The notes beneath the pieces were generated by a model. It had not been told where the DNA came from, did no database searches, and saw only the letters and a program-made list of their open reading frames with translations. Positions 9,474 through 19,984 of a stretch of 64,000 nucleotides of DNA are shown in pieces. Position 1 is the stretch's first letter, and the number at the start of each line of letters is the position of its first letter. Both the position numbers and the translations under genes were made by a program. Location of the stretch: positions 1,888,001 through 1,952,000 of the forward strand of contig OZ242214.1 of the NCBI GenBank assembly GCA_965206595.1. The letters run 5' to 3'. Source of the stretch: Candidatus Latescibacterota bacterium (GTDB taxonomy: Bacteria; Latescibacterota; UBA2968; UBA8231).

Positions 9474-11021
9474 TCAGTTGGGGTCAGTTCCCGACTGTTC
9501 CTGTGCGTACAACCACTGAATGAAGTCACGAGCTGTACGTCCCCCCACAAGGTCGTGATTGTGCCGCATTCGCCAGACGTTGAAGGCGGCCAGCACCTCG
9601 TCGGCGCCGGCGGAGATACCCGCCCGTCCGGCATACGCCAGAACAAGCCGAGTGTATTCGCTTTTTCTGGGTAGATCCAGGAAAACCTTGAGAGGGAAGC
9701 GGTCGTCTATCGCCCTTCGCTCATCGAGACGCTGATGCTGTTGAGGATCGTAGAGTTCGAGGCGAGAGGAAGTCGTCGCGATTTCGCCGCCAGGATCGGG
9801 AATGCCATCGATCTGCTGCCGGGGTGGCCCTGCAGGCCTGTTCCCTTCGCGGTCGATGAGATCCTTGAAATTGGAGGTCGCGTAGAATACGAGGTTATCC
9901 GGAGACCTTTCGAGTCCCCCGTCCAGAACACTTGACAGCTGTCTGAAGGATGAAGATCGGCCGTCGAGTGAAATATTGTCGAGTACGCCGACAAACCTTT
10001 CCGGCCGATCCCGCACCAGGGGATAGAATTCCGATAAACGTCCGTGCAAGCGGGCGGGTATCTGGATTCCGCGCAACCCCCGAGCGAAATATCTGGTGAT
10101 GAGACCGCGGATGAATGAAGATTTCCCGCATCCGCGTGGTCCCCAAATAAGCACATTATGTGCCGGAAGGCCGTTCAGAAGATGCTCGGTATTGGCCAGA
10201 ATGATTTCGACTTTGGAATCATTTCCTTGCCACCAACCGAGGTCGAAACCATCGAAGTCGGATATTGGCTCAAGTTCGAGGCGATTCCCGTTTTCTGTAA
10301 GCGCAAAAGCAGGTGTGCCCTGGAAAATCCCGATCCCATGGGTGCGGACGAACCCGATCAGCGGTTCGGTCAAACATCCCCAATCGGCGGCGTCGCGAAA
10401 CCTGGTTTCGATCTCGAGCCGGTCCTCGGACACGTCCCATGGGAGCTGTGTCGAACCATTTTTTGCAGCGGAAGTCGCCAATCTCGGAGGGAAATCAACC
10501 TCGCGGCAAGCCGGAGAAATGGGGCTTTGCTGCAGTTGAACGAATTCGGCCAGAGGAGTCTGTGCCAGTTGCTGGAGGCAGCGTAGGTCCGACTCGAGTA
10601 AGGCTCGCACCTCCGATGCGGGTATCAACCCTCTGTCGCAGACCTGCAGACAGGGATGGTCGGCTGCGGGAATGCGGCGGATGATGTACTCGTGCAACAG
10701 CGAACCTTGGGGTTGCTGAGCGAGCGAACCGGACTCCCACACCAGCTGTCCGATGAGCTCGAGATACGTAGAGCGGCTGTTGGTGCGCTCGTGATCCCCG
10801 CATCGCCCTGATGTAAGGGGTTTGTCCCTGAGTGCGTGCGCAAGCCGGTGGAGAAGCTGACGAATTCCTGGACTAAGTACAGTGCTGAATGGCGACAGGG
10901 TGTCGAGGGCGGATCTGAACCGATTTATGCTGCCGATATTCCCTGCGGCACCGACCCCATCCTCTCCCAATTCCGGGATATCCCTTGGTTTCAAGCCGCT
11001 AACTGTCAAGTCTTCTTTCAC
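9474..11021 (-). CDS. DUF815-type AAA+ ATPase
   Basis: ANTEHLLNGLPAHNVLIWGPRGCGKSS, LSSVLDGGLE, FYATSN, GRTARDFI. Confidence 0.78.
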   Translation of the reverse strand: MKEDLTVSGLKPRDIPELGEDGVGAAGNIGSINRFRSALDTLSPFSTVLSPGIRQLLHRLAHALRDKPLTSGRCGDHERTNSRSTYLELIGQLVWESGSLAQQPQGSLLHEYIIRRIPAADHPCLQVCDRGLIPASEVRALLESDLRCLQQLAQTPLAEFVQLQQSPISPACREVDFPPRLATSAAKNGSTQLPWDVSEDRLEIETRFRDAADWGCLTEPLIGFVRTHGIGIFQGTPAFALTENGNRLELEPISDFDGFDLGWWQGNDSKVEIILANTEHLLNGLPAHNVLIWGPRGCGKSSFIRGLITRYFARGLRGIQIPARLHGRLSEFYPLVRDRPERFVGVLDNISLDGRSSSFRQLSSVLDGGLERSPDNLVFYATSNFKDLIDREGNRPAGPPRQQIDGIPDPGGEIATTSSRLELYDPQQHQRLDERRAIDDRFPLKVFLDLPRKSEYTRLVLAYAGRAGISAGADEVLAAFNVWRMRHNHDLVGGRTARDFIQWLYAQEQSGTDPN

Positions 11022-11148
11022 CGAACTGCTTCTCTGCTCAAGGGGCGTGACATTCCACCGCGGGGAATCTTGACGAACTGGGTGGAATCTTGGAAGTGTT
11101 GGCCAACGGCCCTGTTTGGACGCGGCCGACTATTCGCAATCTACTCCT

Positions 11149-12321
11149 TGTGTCCCGTCCCAGGAATATCTTGTAAAAATGTGATCTTCTCATTAGGTTT
11201 CCCCTAATAGAGATACCGCAAGGAGGAACCTAATGGCAATGGGACGTCCCCTGAAGCCGCTCACCCTCAGTGACGAAGTTCGTGCCCAACTCGAATCCAT
11301 GGCCCGTTCCCGTAGCCTGCCTCATGCGCATGTGCGGCGAGCCAAGATCGTCTTGATGAGCGATGAGGGGCTCACCAATCAACAGATCGGTCAGCATCTT
11401 GGGCTGTCGGGCGCTTCGGTTGGCAAGTGGCGCCGTCGTTTCTGCGAACAAGGCCTGATGGGGCTCTACGATGAGCTGCGCCCCGGGGGTCCGCGCTCGA
11501 TAAGCGATGAGGAAGTCGCCGCGTTGATTCATAAGACGCTCGAGCATCCACCGAAGGGGGCCACGCACTGGACGTGCCGTTCCCTCGCCGCCGAGGCCAA
11601 CCTCTCCAAGTCCACCGTTCAACGAGTATGGAAAGCGTTGGGTCTGCAGCCGCATCGACAGAAGCACTTCAAGCTGTCCAACGACCCTTTTTTTTGTGGA
11701 CAAAGTCAGAGACATCGTAGGCCTCTACCTGAACCCTCCGGACAAGGCCATGGTGTTATGCGTCGACGAGAAGAGCCAGATCCAGGCCCTGGAACGGACG
11801 CAGCCGATTCTGCCTTTGGGCCTGGGCTATGTGGAAGGCGTTACGCACAGCTATATCCGGCACGGCACGACGACCTTGTTCGCGGCGCTCGAAATCGCAT
11901 CGGGCAAGGTCCTGACCCAATGCAAACCCCGGCATCGGCACCAGGAATTCCTGCAGTTCCTCAAATACATAGACCAAAACGTCCCGAAAGACCTCGACAT
12001 TCATCTCGTCGTAGATAACTACGCCACGCACACGCACGAAAAGGTCAAACGGTGGATCGCAGCGCGACCGCGATACCATGTTCACTATACACCGACCTAC
12101 GCCTCTTGGCTCAACCAGGTGGAGATCTGGTTCGGCATCCTCACACAGAAAGCCATCCGCCGTGGGACCTTCAAGAAGGTGAAGGACCTGGTCGCCAGCA
12201 TTCAGGAATTCACCGACCGCTATAACGCCCACTCACACCCGTTTGTGTGGACGGCGACGGCCGAATCGATTCTCGCAAAGATCACCAGACTTTTCAAACT
12301 AATTCATGGGACGGAACATTA
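11149..12321 (+). mobile_element. Full-length IS630-family element
   Basis: IRs GTGTCCCGTCCCAGGAAT / ATTCATGGGACGGAACAT; HTH + DDE transposase. Confidence 0.92.
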
Positions 12322-12322
12322 G
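11233..12322 (+). pseudogene. IS630 transposase split at a T8 run (about 11688-11695)
   Basis: Frame 1 ends ...KLSNDPFF, frame 2 continues VDKVRDIVGLY...CVDEK; one extra T. Confidence 0.8.
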
Positions 12323-13985
12323 CAGGCTGTTGAAAAAGCCTCGATTCCTTAAAAACCGCAATAACGGGATTGCTTGTCGTAAAAGCGTTTTTGAGTTCTT
12401 TTGCCGAATGCGCCGCTGTTTGAAACTTTTCCGTTACCCTTTTCGAGCTCGTTTCTATATATGAGAATATCGCTCCCATTGTCCATTTAACCGCAACACA
12501 CACCCTACATTCTAAATCCTTCCGATTTTTCGGAATTCTCCGGTTTTTCAACGGCCTGTTAGGCGATCGTTTCCACTCCCAGGTCGAACCTTCGCGGCCA
12601 TCCCTGACCTCGACACCTGCAGCGCCGAGTTCGTCTCTGAGCCGATCTGCGAGGTCCCACTTCCGGTCTTCGCGTGCCTTGAGGCGGCGCCGAAACAGGG
12701 CTATTAGCTCAGGAGGTAGATCAGTCTGTTTCTCGTCCCCTTCCCCACGGGGTTCGTAAAAAATACCGAACACCTGATTGATTTCGTCGAGAAACGAGAC
12801 CACCGCCCCGGCGTTTTCGGGCTTCAAGTCGCCATTCGAAAGGTGTCGCTCGACATGGTGGATAAGGCCGAACACGGCCGCGATGGCCCGCGGCGAGTTC
12901 AAATCGTCGTCCATTCCCTCCTCAAACCCCTTTCGAGCGGCGGATATCCGATCCTGCCAGAGTCGGTCACCGGGTCCCCGGCTAACGGCTCCGATTTCTC
13001 GTACGCGGCCCCGCACCTTCGCGAGCCGCTGCTGAGCCGCCATACTGGACCTGACGGCAGCGTCAGAGAAGTTCAGCAGCGTCCGGTAATGCGAGGTCGC
13101 CAGCAGGTATCGGAAACCCTTTATCTCGGCTGCCGAACCGATGTCTTTTAATCGAATATGGTTTCCCAGGCTCTTGGAGATTTTCGTGCCGTTGATGTTG
13201 AGGAACTCGTTGTGCATCCAAAACCGTACGAACGGCTTTCCCGAGGCTCCTTCACTCTGGGCGATTTCGTTCTGGTGATGGGGAAAAACCAGATCGACGC
13301 CTCCGGTATGAATGTCGAACTCTTCCCCGAGGTACTTCCTGGACATCGCCGAGCACTCGAGATGCCAACCGGGACGGCCACGGCCAAAGGGGGAGTCCCA
13401 TACAACGTCGCCATCCTTCTCCGTCCACCCCTTCCACAGGACGAAATCCCGCACGTTCTCCTTGTCGTAGTCGTCGCTGTCGACACGCGCACCATCCTGC
13501 ATGCCGGCGGTGTCGATCCGGGCAAATTCGCCGTAGCCGGGAAACTTGGAGATCGAGTAGTAAACCGAACCCTCACGGCGGTAAGCCATGCCCTTATCTA
13601 GCAATATCTGGGTTAAATCCAACATCTCGGCAATGTGGTTGGTCGCCCGCGGATAGTGCTTCGCTGGAACCACGTTCAAAGTCTGCAAGTCAGCGAAGAA
13701 TCCCTCCGCAAAGCGGTCGGTGAATTCCCGCAGAGAAATACCTTCCTGTTGCACGCGCTCCGCAATACGGTCGTCGATATCGGTGAGGTTCATCACGTGA
13801 AGCACCTCAAACCCCCGGTATTCTAGGTAGCGCTTGAGGACATCGGCGGAAACAAAAGATCTGAAGTTCCCGATGTGGGCGTAGTCGTAGATGGTGGGGC
13901 CGCAGCTGTAGATGCGAACCTGGGCTGGATCTATCGGTTCGAAAGGAACCTTCCGTCGCCTTGCGGTATCGTAGAGCGTCAGCAT
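12294..13985 (-). CDS. cysS: Cysteine--tRNA ligase with a mobile-element-derived C-terminal extension
   Basis: CGPT, HIGN, GRPGWHLEC, DLVFPHH, KISKS, ADRLRDEL. Confidence 0.96.
   Translation of the reverse strand: MLTLYDTARRRKVPFEPIDPAQVRIYSCGPTIYDYAHIGNFRSFVSADVLKRYLEYRGFEVLHVMNLTDIDDRIAERVQQEGISLREFTDRFAEGFFADLQTLNVVPAKHYPRATNHIAEMLDLTQILLDKGMAYRREGSVYYSISKFPGYGEFARIDTAGMQDGARVDSDDYDKENVRDFVLWKGWTEKDGDVVWDSPFGRGRPGWHLECSAMSRKYLGEEFDIHTGGVDLVFPHHQNEIAQSEGASGKPFVRFWMHNEFLNINGTKISKSLGNHIRLKDIGSAAEIKGFRYLLATSHYRTLLNFSDAAVRSSMAAQQRLAKVRGRVREIGAVSRGPGDRLWQDRISAARKGFEEGMDDDLNSPRAIAAVFGLIHHVERHLSNGDLKPENAGAVVSFLDEINQVFGIFYEPRGEGDEKQTDLPPELIALFRRRLKAREDRKWDLADRLRDELGAAGVEVRDGREGSTWEWKRSPNRPLKNRRIPKNRKDLECRVCVAVKWTMGAIFSYIETSSKRVTEKFQTAAHSAKELKNAFTTSNPVIAVFKESRLFQQPANVPSHELV
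12323..12558. mobile_element. 236-bp MITE with IS5/IS1182-like ends
   Basis: 15-bp TIRs CAGGCTGTTGAAAAA / TTTTTCAACGGCCTG; TTAG at 12319-12322 and 12559-12562; AT-rich interior. Confidence 0.8.
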
Positions 13986-14464
13986 CGATGCGGGTTCACG
14001 ATGGCGTCACGGTATGCCAGATTTTCGATTGAACTCGGCTCCGATTCCAGTTTTGCGTTTTGGTCACCCCAAACGAATCCTCCGCGCCCTTACAGGGCAG
14101 GTAGACTTGGGGTGACTCGGGGGGCTGTAATGTCGCCGAAAGACTAATTACCCTCAAGAGGTTCCCGGCGAAGTCTCTGTCCACTGTCCGAAACGCCCGA
14201 ATCGTGCCGGAGCCTCTCCAAGTAGACCCCAAGCATGGTCGGTCGCTGCGTTTCTTCCGTGCAGCCGCAAGTGCTGGAAAAAACGAGGCCAGCTTCCAAT
14301 CCCGACGGGAAACCTTCGACCCAGACCCTGAAGGGTTACCTGCTCCTCCCCTACATGTGGGAATCGATGGACGTGAGGAGCCGATGCCTTACTCACGCCT
14401 CTTCCATTCCAATGGTTGAGACCTGCCCCAGACGAATCGGCGGGACCAAGCAGTAGCACACTCG

Positions 14465-14484
14465 CACTGCCGGTCTCGGCAGTG
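14465..14484 (-). terminator. Hairpin downstream of tRNA-Arg
   Basis: CACTGCCG-gtct-CGGCAGTG. Confidence 0.4.
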
Positions 14485-14502
14485 ACCTCCTTCCCCAGTG
14501 AA

Positions 14503-14579
14503 TGGTGCCCCCGCCGCGATTCGAACACGGGACCCACAGATTAGGAATCTGTTGCTCTATCCTACTGAGCTACGGGGGC
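14503..14579 (-). tRNA. tRNA-Arg(CCT)
   Basis: GCCCCCG acceptor stem, ACAGA-TTCCTAA-TCTGT anticodon arm, TTCGAAT, CCA. Confidence 0.95.
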
Positions 14580-14853
14580 TTTCTGAATCCTTTTATCTGA
14601 ATCCCCATTATATTGAATATAGGGTCGATGGCAAGACAGTTCACATCTAGACCCCACAGGATTCGGGCCTAATTGAGGAACGAGTTTCCTCCCGGGATTT
14701 ACTGACCCCTTAGGTTGACTTCACGAAAAAGCGGTCATAGGTTTAACGACCCCTTACTTCACTTCGAAAGCGTCAACGTTCCCCAAAACAGACTGTAAAC
14801 GCAGTCCCAGCCACAGGTTAGCCCACTGCGGAGGAGACCGGACCGCACTAAAC

Positions 14854-15510
14854 ATGCCGCAGGTATTCGGACGGAGTATGAACTGGGTTGCCAATGTCAG
14901 TATCGTTGGCGGCGGGCTCACCGTAGCTGTTCTCCTTGCTATCCTCTTAAATATCAACCGGTTAGACTACGTAAGCCAGGTTGGCGTACCCAAGGATCAG
15001 CCGGTTCCTTTCAGTCACAAGCACCATGTGACTGGCATGGGTATTGACTGCCGGTACTGTCACACCACTGTAGAGACCTCCGCCTTTGCAGGAATCCCTC
15101 CTACCGAAACCTGTATGTCATGTCACTCGATGGTATGGACCGAGGCTCCGATCCTCGAGCCTGTGCGCGCCAGTTATCGAGATGATGTGGCGTTGCGTTG
15201 GACCCGTGTTCACGATCTTCCGGATTTCGTCTACTTCAAGCACGACATCCACGTCAGCAAGGGGATAGGCTGTCAGACCTGCCATGGTCAGGTCGATCAG
15301 ATGCCCCTTATGTACAAGGAAAATACCTTGAACATGGAGTGGTGCCTCGAGTGCCATCGAGCTCCTGAGCAGTTTATCAGACCTCGCGAGGAAGTGTTCA
15401 ACATGCAGTACACCCCCCCCTCCGACCAGGAAACTCTGGGGCGAGGGCTGGTTGCGGAGTATGGTGTTCAAACCTCCCAATTGCGCGATTGCTCGGTGTG
15501 TCACCTATGA
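14854..15510 (+). CDS. actA: Alternative Complex III pentaheme cytochrome c
   Basis: Five CxxCH motifs, QPVPFSHKHH, N-terminal TM helix. Confidence 0.92.
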   Translation: MPQVFGRSMNWVANVSIVGGGLTVAVLLAILLNINRLDYVSQVGVPKDQPVPFSHKHHVTGMGIDCRYCHTTVETSAFAGIPPTETCMSCHSMVWTEAPILEPVRASYRDDVALRWTRVHDLPDFVYFKHDIHVSKGIGCQTCHGQVDQMPLMYKENTLNMEWCLECHRAPEQFIRPREEVFNMQYTPPSDQETLGRGLVAEYGVQTSQLRDCSVCHL

Positions 15511-18500
15511 CTGATCAGCCTGTTGCCATAAGTCGAAAACGCCTCGAGCTCAGGGAGATTCGAGCGGCCCTGTCGAAATCCGGGGGCCGGGGCTACTGGC
15601 GCAGCCTCGACGAGTTGGCCGCTACCGAGGAGTTCAGGGAGCTGCTGCACCGCGAGTTCCCGGAACGCGCTTCGGAGTGGCCCGATCCCGTAAGCCGTCG
15701 CAATTTCCTCAAGGTGATGGGCGCATCCCTTGCGTTCGGCGGATTGACGAATTGCACCATCCAGCCCGAAGAGAAAATCGTTCCCTGGGTTCGGGCTCCG
15801 GAGAATGCCATTCCCGGCAAACCGCTTTATTTCGCGACCGCCTCGACGCAGGGCGGGGTCGGCACCGGAATACTTGTCGAAAGCCATATGGGCCGTCCCA
15901 CCAAAATCGAGGGAAATCCAGACCATCCCGCCAGTCTGGGAGCCACCGATTCAGTCACCCAGGCAGTTGTTCTCGAGCTTTACGACCCGGATCGTGCTCA
16001 GGTTGTAACTAACGCCGGCAGAATAAGTACCTGGGGTAGCTTCGTACAGAGCCTCACTCAAAAAGTCGACATACTGCGCCACAAGAACGGGGACGGTTTG
16101 AGGATTCTGACCGAGACAGTTACCTCCCCGACCCTCGGTCGCCAGATGCAGTCCCTGCGCGATCAGTTGCCGGCGATGCAATGGCACCAGTACGAACCTG
16201 CCAACCGCGATGCCACCCGTGCCGGATCCGTGCTGGCGTACGGCGAGCCGGTCAATACCTGGTTCGATTTCGCCAAAGCCAGAGTCGTCCTGTCACTCGA
16301 CGCCGACTTCTGTAGTTCCGGACCCGGTGCCGTGCGTTACGCACGAGATTTCGCCGCTGGAAGGCGGGTGCGCGACGGAAAAAATGGATTGAACCGCTTG
16401 TATGCCGTCGAGACTACCCCATCGCCGACGGGAAGCATGGCGGACCACAGATTGCCACTAGAAAGCAGCGCGATTGAGCGCTTCGCCGCGGCGGTTGCCC
16501 AGGAGCTGGGGGTCCAACTCGAACGAGACGTCCAGATGTTCGAAGACACAGCCAACTGGGTTCCTGCCCTGGTCCGGGATCTGAAGAAAAACCCCGGTGC
16601 CAGCATCGTCGTTGTCGGACCGCATCAATCCCCGGCGGTACATGCGATTGCCCACGCCATCAACCAGGCCCTAGGCAACGTCGGCGAAACCGTTCATTAT
16701 ACCGATCCGCTGGAAGTTGAGTCTGTCGATCAGACCGAATCGTTGACTGCCCTCGTTGCCGACATGAAAGCCGGTGAGGTCGATCTTCTGCTGATTATCG
16801 GTGGAAACCCGGTCTACGACGCCCCACCCGACCTCGATTTTCCCGGGGCGCTTGCCAACGTCGAATTCCGTGCTCAGCTCAGCCTTGTTGCTGACGAGAC
16901 CTCGCGCGCCTGCCACTGGCATGTTCCCCAGGCACACTTTTTGGAATCCTGGGGCGACTGTCGCGCCTACGATGGCACGGTTTCGATAATCCAGCCTTTG
17001 ATAAAGCCGCTGTTCAACGGAAAATCCCCGCACGACTTGCTCGCGGTACTGGCTGGAGAGAGCGGGAAACCCACTCTGGACATCGTCAGGAAGACATGGG
17101 AGGATCAACTTTCACAGTCGGACAGCTTCGACCGGTCTTGGCAAACCTCCCTGCACGATGGCTTGGTAGTCGGTTCCGCGCTTTCGGCCAGAAAGGTGAA
17201 TCTTCGGAGCTCGCTGTTGGTGCCGGAGGGCACCGGAGCGGTTTTGGACGAAGAGAACCTCGAACTGGTTGTACGACCAGACCCGTTGCTGGGAGGTGGG
17301 CGATTCTCGAACAATGGGTGGCTGCAGGAAACGCCCAGTCCGATCACTAAACTCACATGGGACAACGCGGTTCTGGTGAGTCCGGCGACCGCCGAGGAAC
17401 TCGGGGTTGAAAATGAGCAGATTCTCGAGTTGCGCCGGGAGGGCCGTATGGTCAGGGCTCCCGTGTGGATCGTTCCCGGACAGGCAGAACGCACTCTTGT
17501 CGTACATCTTGGGTACGGTCGCACCCGCGCAGGCCGCGTCGGCGACGATGCCGGCTTCAACGCTTATCCCCTCACTTCCAGCTCGGGAATGTGGAGCACA
17601 ACCGACCTGAAGTGGGCAAAGACCTTTGACCGCCAGCCCCTTGCCTGTACGCAAGACCACCACAGCATGGAGGATCGCCATCTGGTCCGCCACGCGGATC
17701 TGAAGCACTACGAGAAAAACCCCCACTTCGTCCACGAAGAAGCCCACGACTTCCCCGAGGAACTCACCCTTTACAACCCGGATGAGTTCAAATCGTCAAC
17801 CGGCTACTCGTGGGGCATGGCCATTGATCTCAACGCCTGCATGGGATGCAACGCCTGTTCGGTAGCCTGCCAGGCGGAGAACAACATTCCAGTTGTCGGC
17901 AAAGAAGAGGTCCTCAACGGCCGCGAGATGTCTTGGATTCGCGTGGACCGCTACTACACCGACCTCGACGATCCGGAGATTTACCACCAGCCCGTGCCCT
18001 GCCAGCAGTGCGAGAACGCCCCCTGCGAACTGGTTTGCCCCGTAACTGCAACTACGCACAGCGAAGAGGGGCTCAACGACATGATTTACAACCGCTGTGT
18101 CGGCACGCGGTACTGCTCGAACAACTGCCCGTACAAGGTGCGCCGTTTCAATTTTCTGCAGTACTCCGACCGCGACACTCCAAGTCTCAAACTACAGCGA
18201 AATCCAGATGTGACGGTGCGCTACCGCGGCGTCATGGAGAAATGCACCTATTGCACCCAGCGAATCAACGCCGCCCGTATCGAGTCAAAGAAAACGGGGG
18301 ACCCAATTGCCGACGGGAAGATCCAGACCGCCTGCCAGCAGGCCTGTCCGACCCAGGCGATAAGTTTCGGCAACATTGAAGATCCTAACAGTGAGGTGTC
18401 CCGTTGGAAGGCTTCGGACCTCAACTACGGCATCCTGACCGATCTCAACACGCGACCTCGAACCACCTATCTCGGCCGCGTTGCAAATCCGAATCCCGAG

Positions 18501-18515
18501 ATTGGCAAGGCTTGA
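15507..18515 (+). CDS. actB: ACIII molybdopterin-oxidoreductase-like + Fe-S fusion subunit
   Basis: YWRSLDEL, Tat SRRNFLK, GRPTKIEGNPDHP, C-terminal 4Fe-4S motifs, RGVMEKCTYC. Confidence 0.93.
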   Translation: MTDQPVAISRKRLELREIRAALSKSGGRGYWRSLDELAATEEFRELLHREFPERASEWPDPVSRRNFLKVMGASLAFGGLTNCTIQPEEKIVPWVRAPENAIPGKPLYFATASTQGGVGTGILVESHMGRPTKIEGNPDHPASLGATDSVTQAVVLELYDPDRAQVVTNAGRISTWGSFVQSLTQKVDILRHKNGDGLRILTETVTSPTLGRQMQSLRDQLPAMQWHQYEPANRDATRAGSVLAYGEPVNTWFDFAKARVVLSLDADFCSSGPGAVRYARDFAAGRRVRDGKNGLNRLYAVETTPSPTGSMADHRLPLESSAIERFAAAVAQELGVQLERDVQMFEDTANWVPALVRDLKKNPGASIVVVGPHQSPAVHAIAHAINQALGNVGETVHYTDPLEVESVDQTESLTALVADMKAGEVDLLLIIGGNPVYDAPPDLDFPGALANVEFRAQLSLVADETSRACHWHVPQAHFLESWGDCRAYDGTVSIIQPLIKPLFNGKSPHDLLAVLAGESGKPTLDIVRKTWEDQLSQSDSFDRSWQTSLHDGLVVGSALSARKVNLRSSLLVPEGTGAVLDEENLELVVRPDPLLGGGRFSNNGWLQETPSPITKLTWDNAVLVSPATAEELGVENEQILELRREGRMVRAPVWIVPGQAERTLVVHLGYGRTRAGRVGDDAGFNAYPLTSSSGMWSTTDLKWAKTFDRQPLACTQDHHSMEDRHLVRHADLKHYEKNPHFVHEEAHDFPEELTLYNPDEFKSSTGYSWGMAIDLNACMGCNACSVACQAENNIPVVGKEEVLNGREMSWIRVDRYYTDLDDPEIYHQPVPCQQCENAPCELVCPVTATTHSEEGLNDMIYNRCVGTRYCSNNCPYKVRRFNFLQYSDRDTPSLKLQRNPDVTVRYRGVMEKCTYCTQRINAARIESKKTGDPIADGKIQTACQQACPTQAISFGNIEDPNSEVSRWKASDLNYGILTDLNTRPRTTYLGRVANPNPEIGKA

Positions 18516-18591
18516 AATGAGATTGGTGGGTCCGAAGGCCTGTTGCCCTTATGTACTAACGAAAGGCACATGATGAGGGGAAAGGTGCTAC

Positions 18592-19977
18592 ATGTCTGAA
18601 GCGGCACCGTCATCGGCAAAAAGCTATACTCCCCCAGCGCCGGAACTAGGTCCGGGTCAGACCTCCTACACGTCGATCACCGAAAAGATCAGTGGTGTCG
18701 TTCTGACGCGGGAGACCCCGATACCGTGGTTTCTTGCTGCCCTCGTGGGATTCATACTCGTAGGGCTGCTTCAGGTCGCGATCGCCTATCTACTGTACGA
18801 AGGAGTCGGGATCTGGGGCATTAATATCCCGATCGGGTGGGGTTTCGCCATTATCAACTTCGTCTGGTGGATCGGGATCGGACATGCAGGCACCCTGATC
18901 TCGGCAATTCTCCTTCTCTTCCGGCAGAAATGGCGCACATCGATCAATCGCTCCGCCGAGGCGATGACCATTTTCGCCGTCATGTGTGCAGGCATGTTTC
19001 CGCTGATCCACACCGGGCGGCCGTGGCTGGCGGCGTACTGGCTATTTCCCTATCCCAACTCGATGGATATCTGGCCGCAGTTTCGTAGCCCGTTGATCTG
19101 GGATGTATTTGCCGTCGGCACCTACTTAACGATCTCGCTTCTGTTCTGGATACTAGGCATGATTCCCGACTTTGCGACGTTCCGGGATCGTGCGAAACAC
19201 CGGGTTTCACAGGTGTTTTTCGGCATGCTGTCGATGGGGTGGCGCGGTTCGGCCATCCACTGGGAGCGCTACGAGATGGCTTCCCTGATGTTGGCGGGGC
19301 TGTCCACCCCGCTGGTGCTTTCCGTGCACAGCGTCGTCAGCCTCGATTTTGCGGTGTCGATAATACCGGGTTGGCATACTACCATTTTCCCGCCCTATTT
19401 CGTCGCAGGGGCGATTTACGCCGGTTTTGCCATGGTTCTAACGTTGATGATCCCCCTGCGACGGCTGTACGGCTTGGAGGACTTCATCACCGATCGACAC
19501 CTAGACAACATGGGAAAGGTGATGCTTGTTGCAGGGCTTATAGTGGCCTACGGGTACTTCATGGAGCAACTGATCGCGTGGTACAGTGCCAGCGTGTACG
19601 AGGGCTTCATGATGTCAAACCGCATGTACGGGCCGTACGGTCCCTACTACTGGCTGCTGATTCTGTGCAACATCGTGGTTCCTCAGTTGCTATGGTCAAA
19701 ACGGGTTCGCCTCAGCACCTTGTGGCTCTTCGTCGTGTCGATGTTCATCAACGTCGGAATGTGGCTGGAGCGCTTCATCATCGTCGTCGTCAGCCTCCAT
19801 CGCGATTACATGCCCTCTTCTTGGGACATGTACTATCCGACGATCTGGGACTGGGCGACCTATGCCGGCACGATCGGCTTCTTCCTGTTTGCCTTCTTCC
19901 TGTTCGTCCGCGTGTGGCCCTTGATAGCCATTCACGAGATCCGCACGCTGGTGCCGATCGAGAAAAAGAAGCACTGA
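18592..19977 (+). CDS. actC: ACIII NrfD/PsrC-type quinol-site subunit
   Basis: NFVWWIGIGHAGTLISA, FRSPLIWDVFAV. Confidence 0.93.
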   Translation: MSEAAPSSAKSYTPPAPELGPGQTSYTSITEKISGVVLTRETPIPWFLAALVGFILVGLLQVAIAYLLYEGVGIWGINIPIGWGFAIINFVWWIGIGHAGTLISAILLLFRQKWRTSINRSAEAMTIFAVMCAGMFPLIHTGRPWLAAYWLFPYPNSMDIWPQFRSPLIWDVFAVGTYLTISLLFWILGMIPDFATFRDRAKHRVSQVFFGMLSMGWRGSAIHWERYEMASLMLAGLSTPLVLSVHSVVSLDFAVSIIPGWHTTIFPPYFVAGAIYAGFAMVLTLMIPLRRLYGLEDFITDRHLDNMGKVMLVAGLIVAYGYFMEQLIAWYSASVYEGFMMSNRMYGPYGPYYWLLILCNIVVPQLLWSKRVRLSTLWLFVVSMFINVGMWLERFIIVVVSLHRDYMPSSWDMYYPTIWDWATYAGTIGFFLFAFFLFVRVWPLIAIHEIRTLVPIEKKKH

Positions 19978-19984
19978 AGCGCCC

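Noticed and set aside
13996-14460. T-box leader or small ORFs upstream of cysS
   Set aside because: No T-box consensus or convincing RBS/ORF seen
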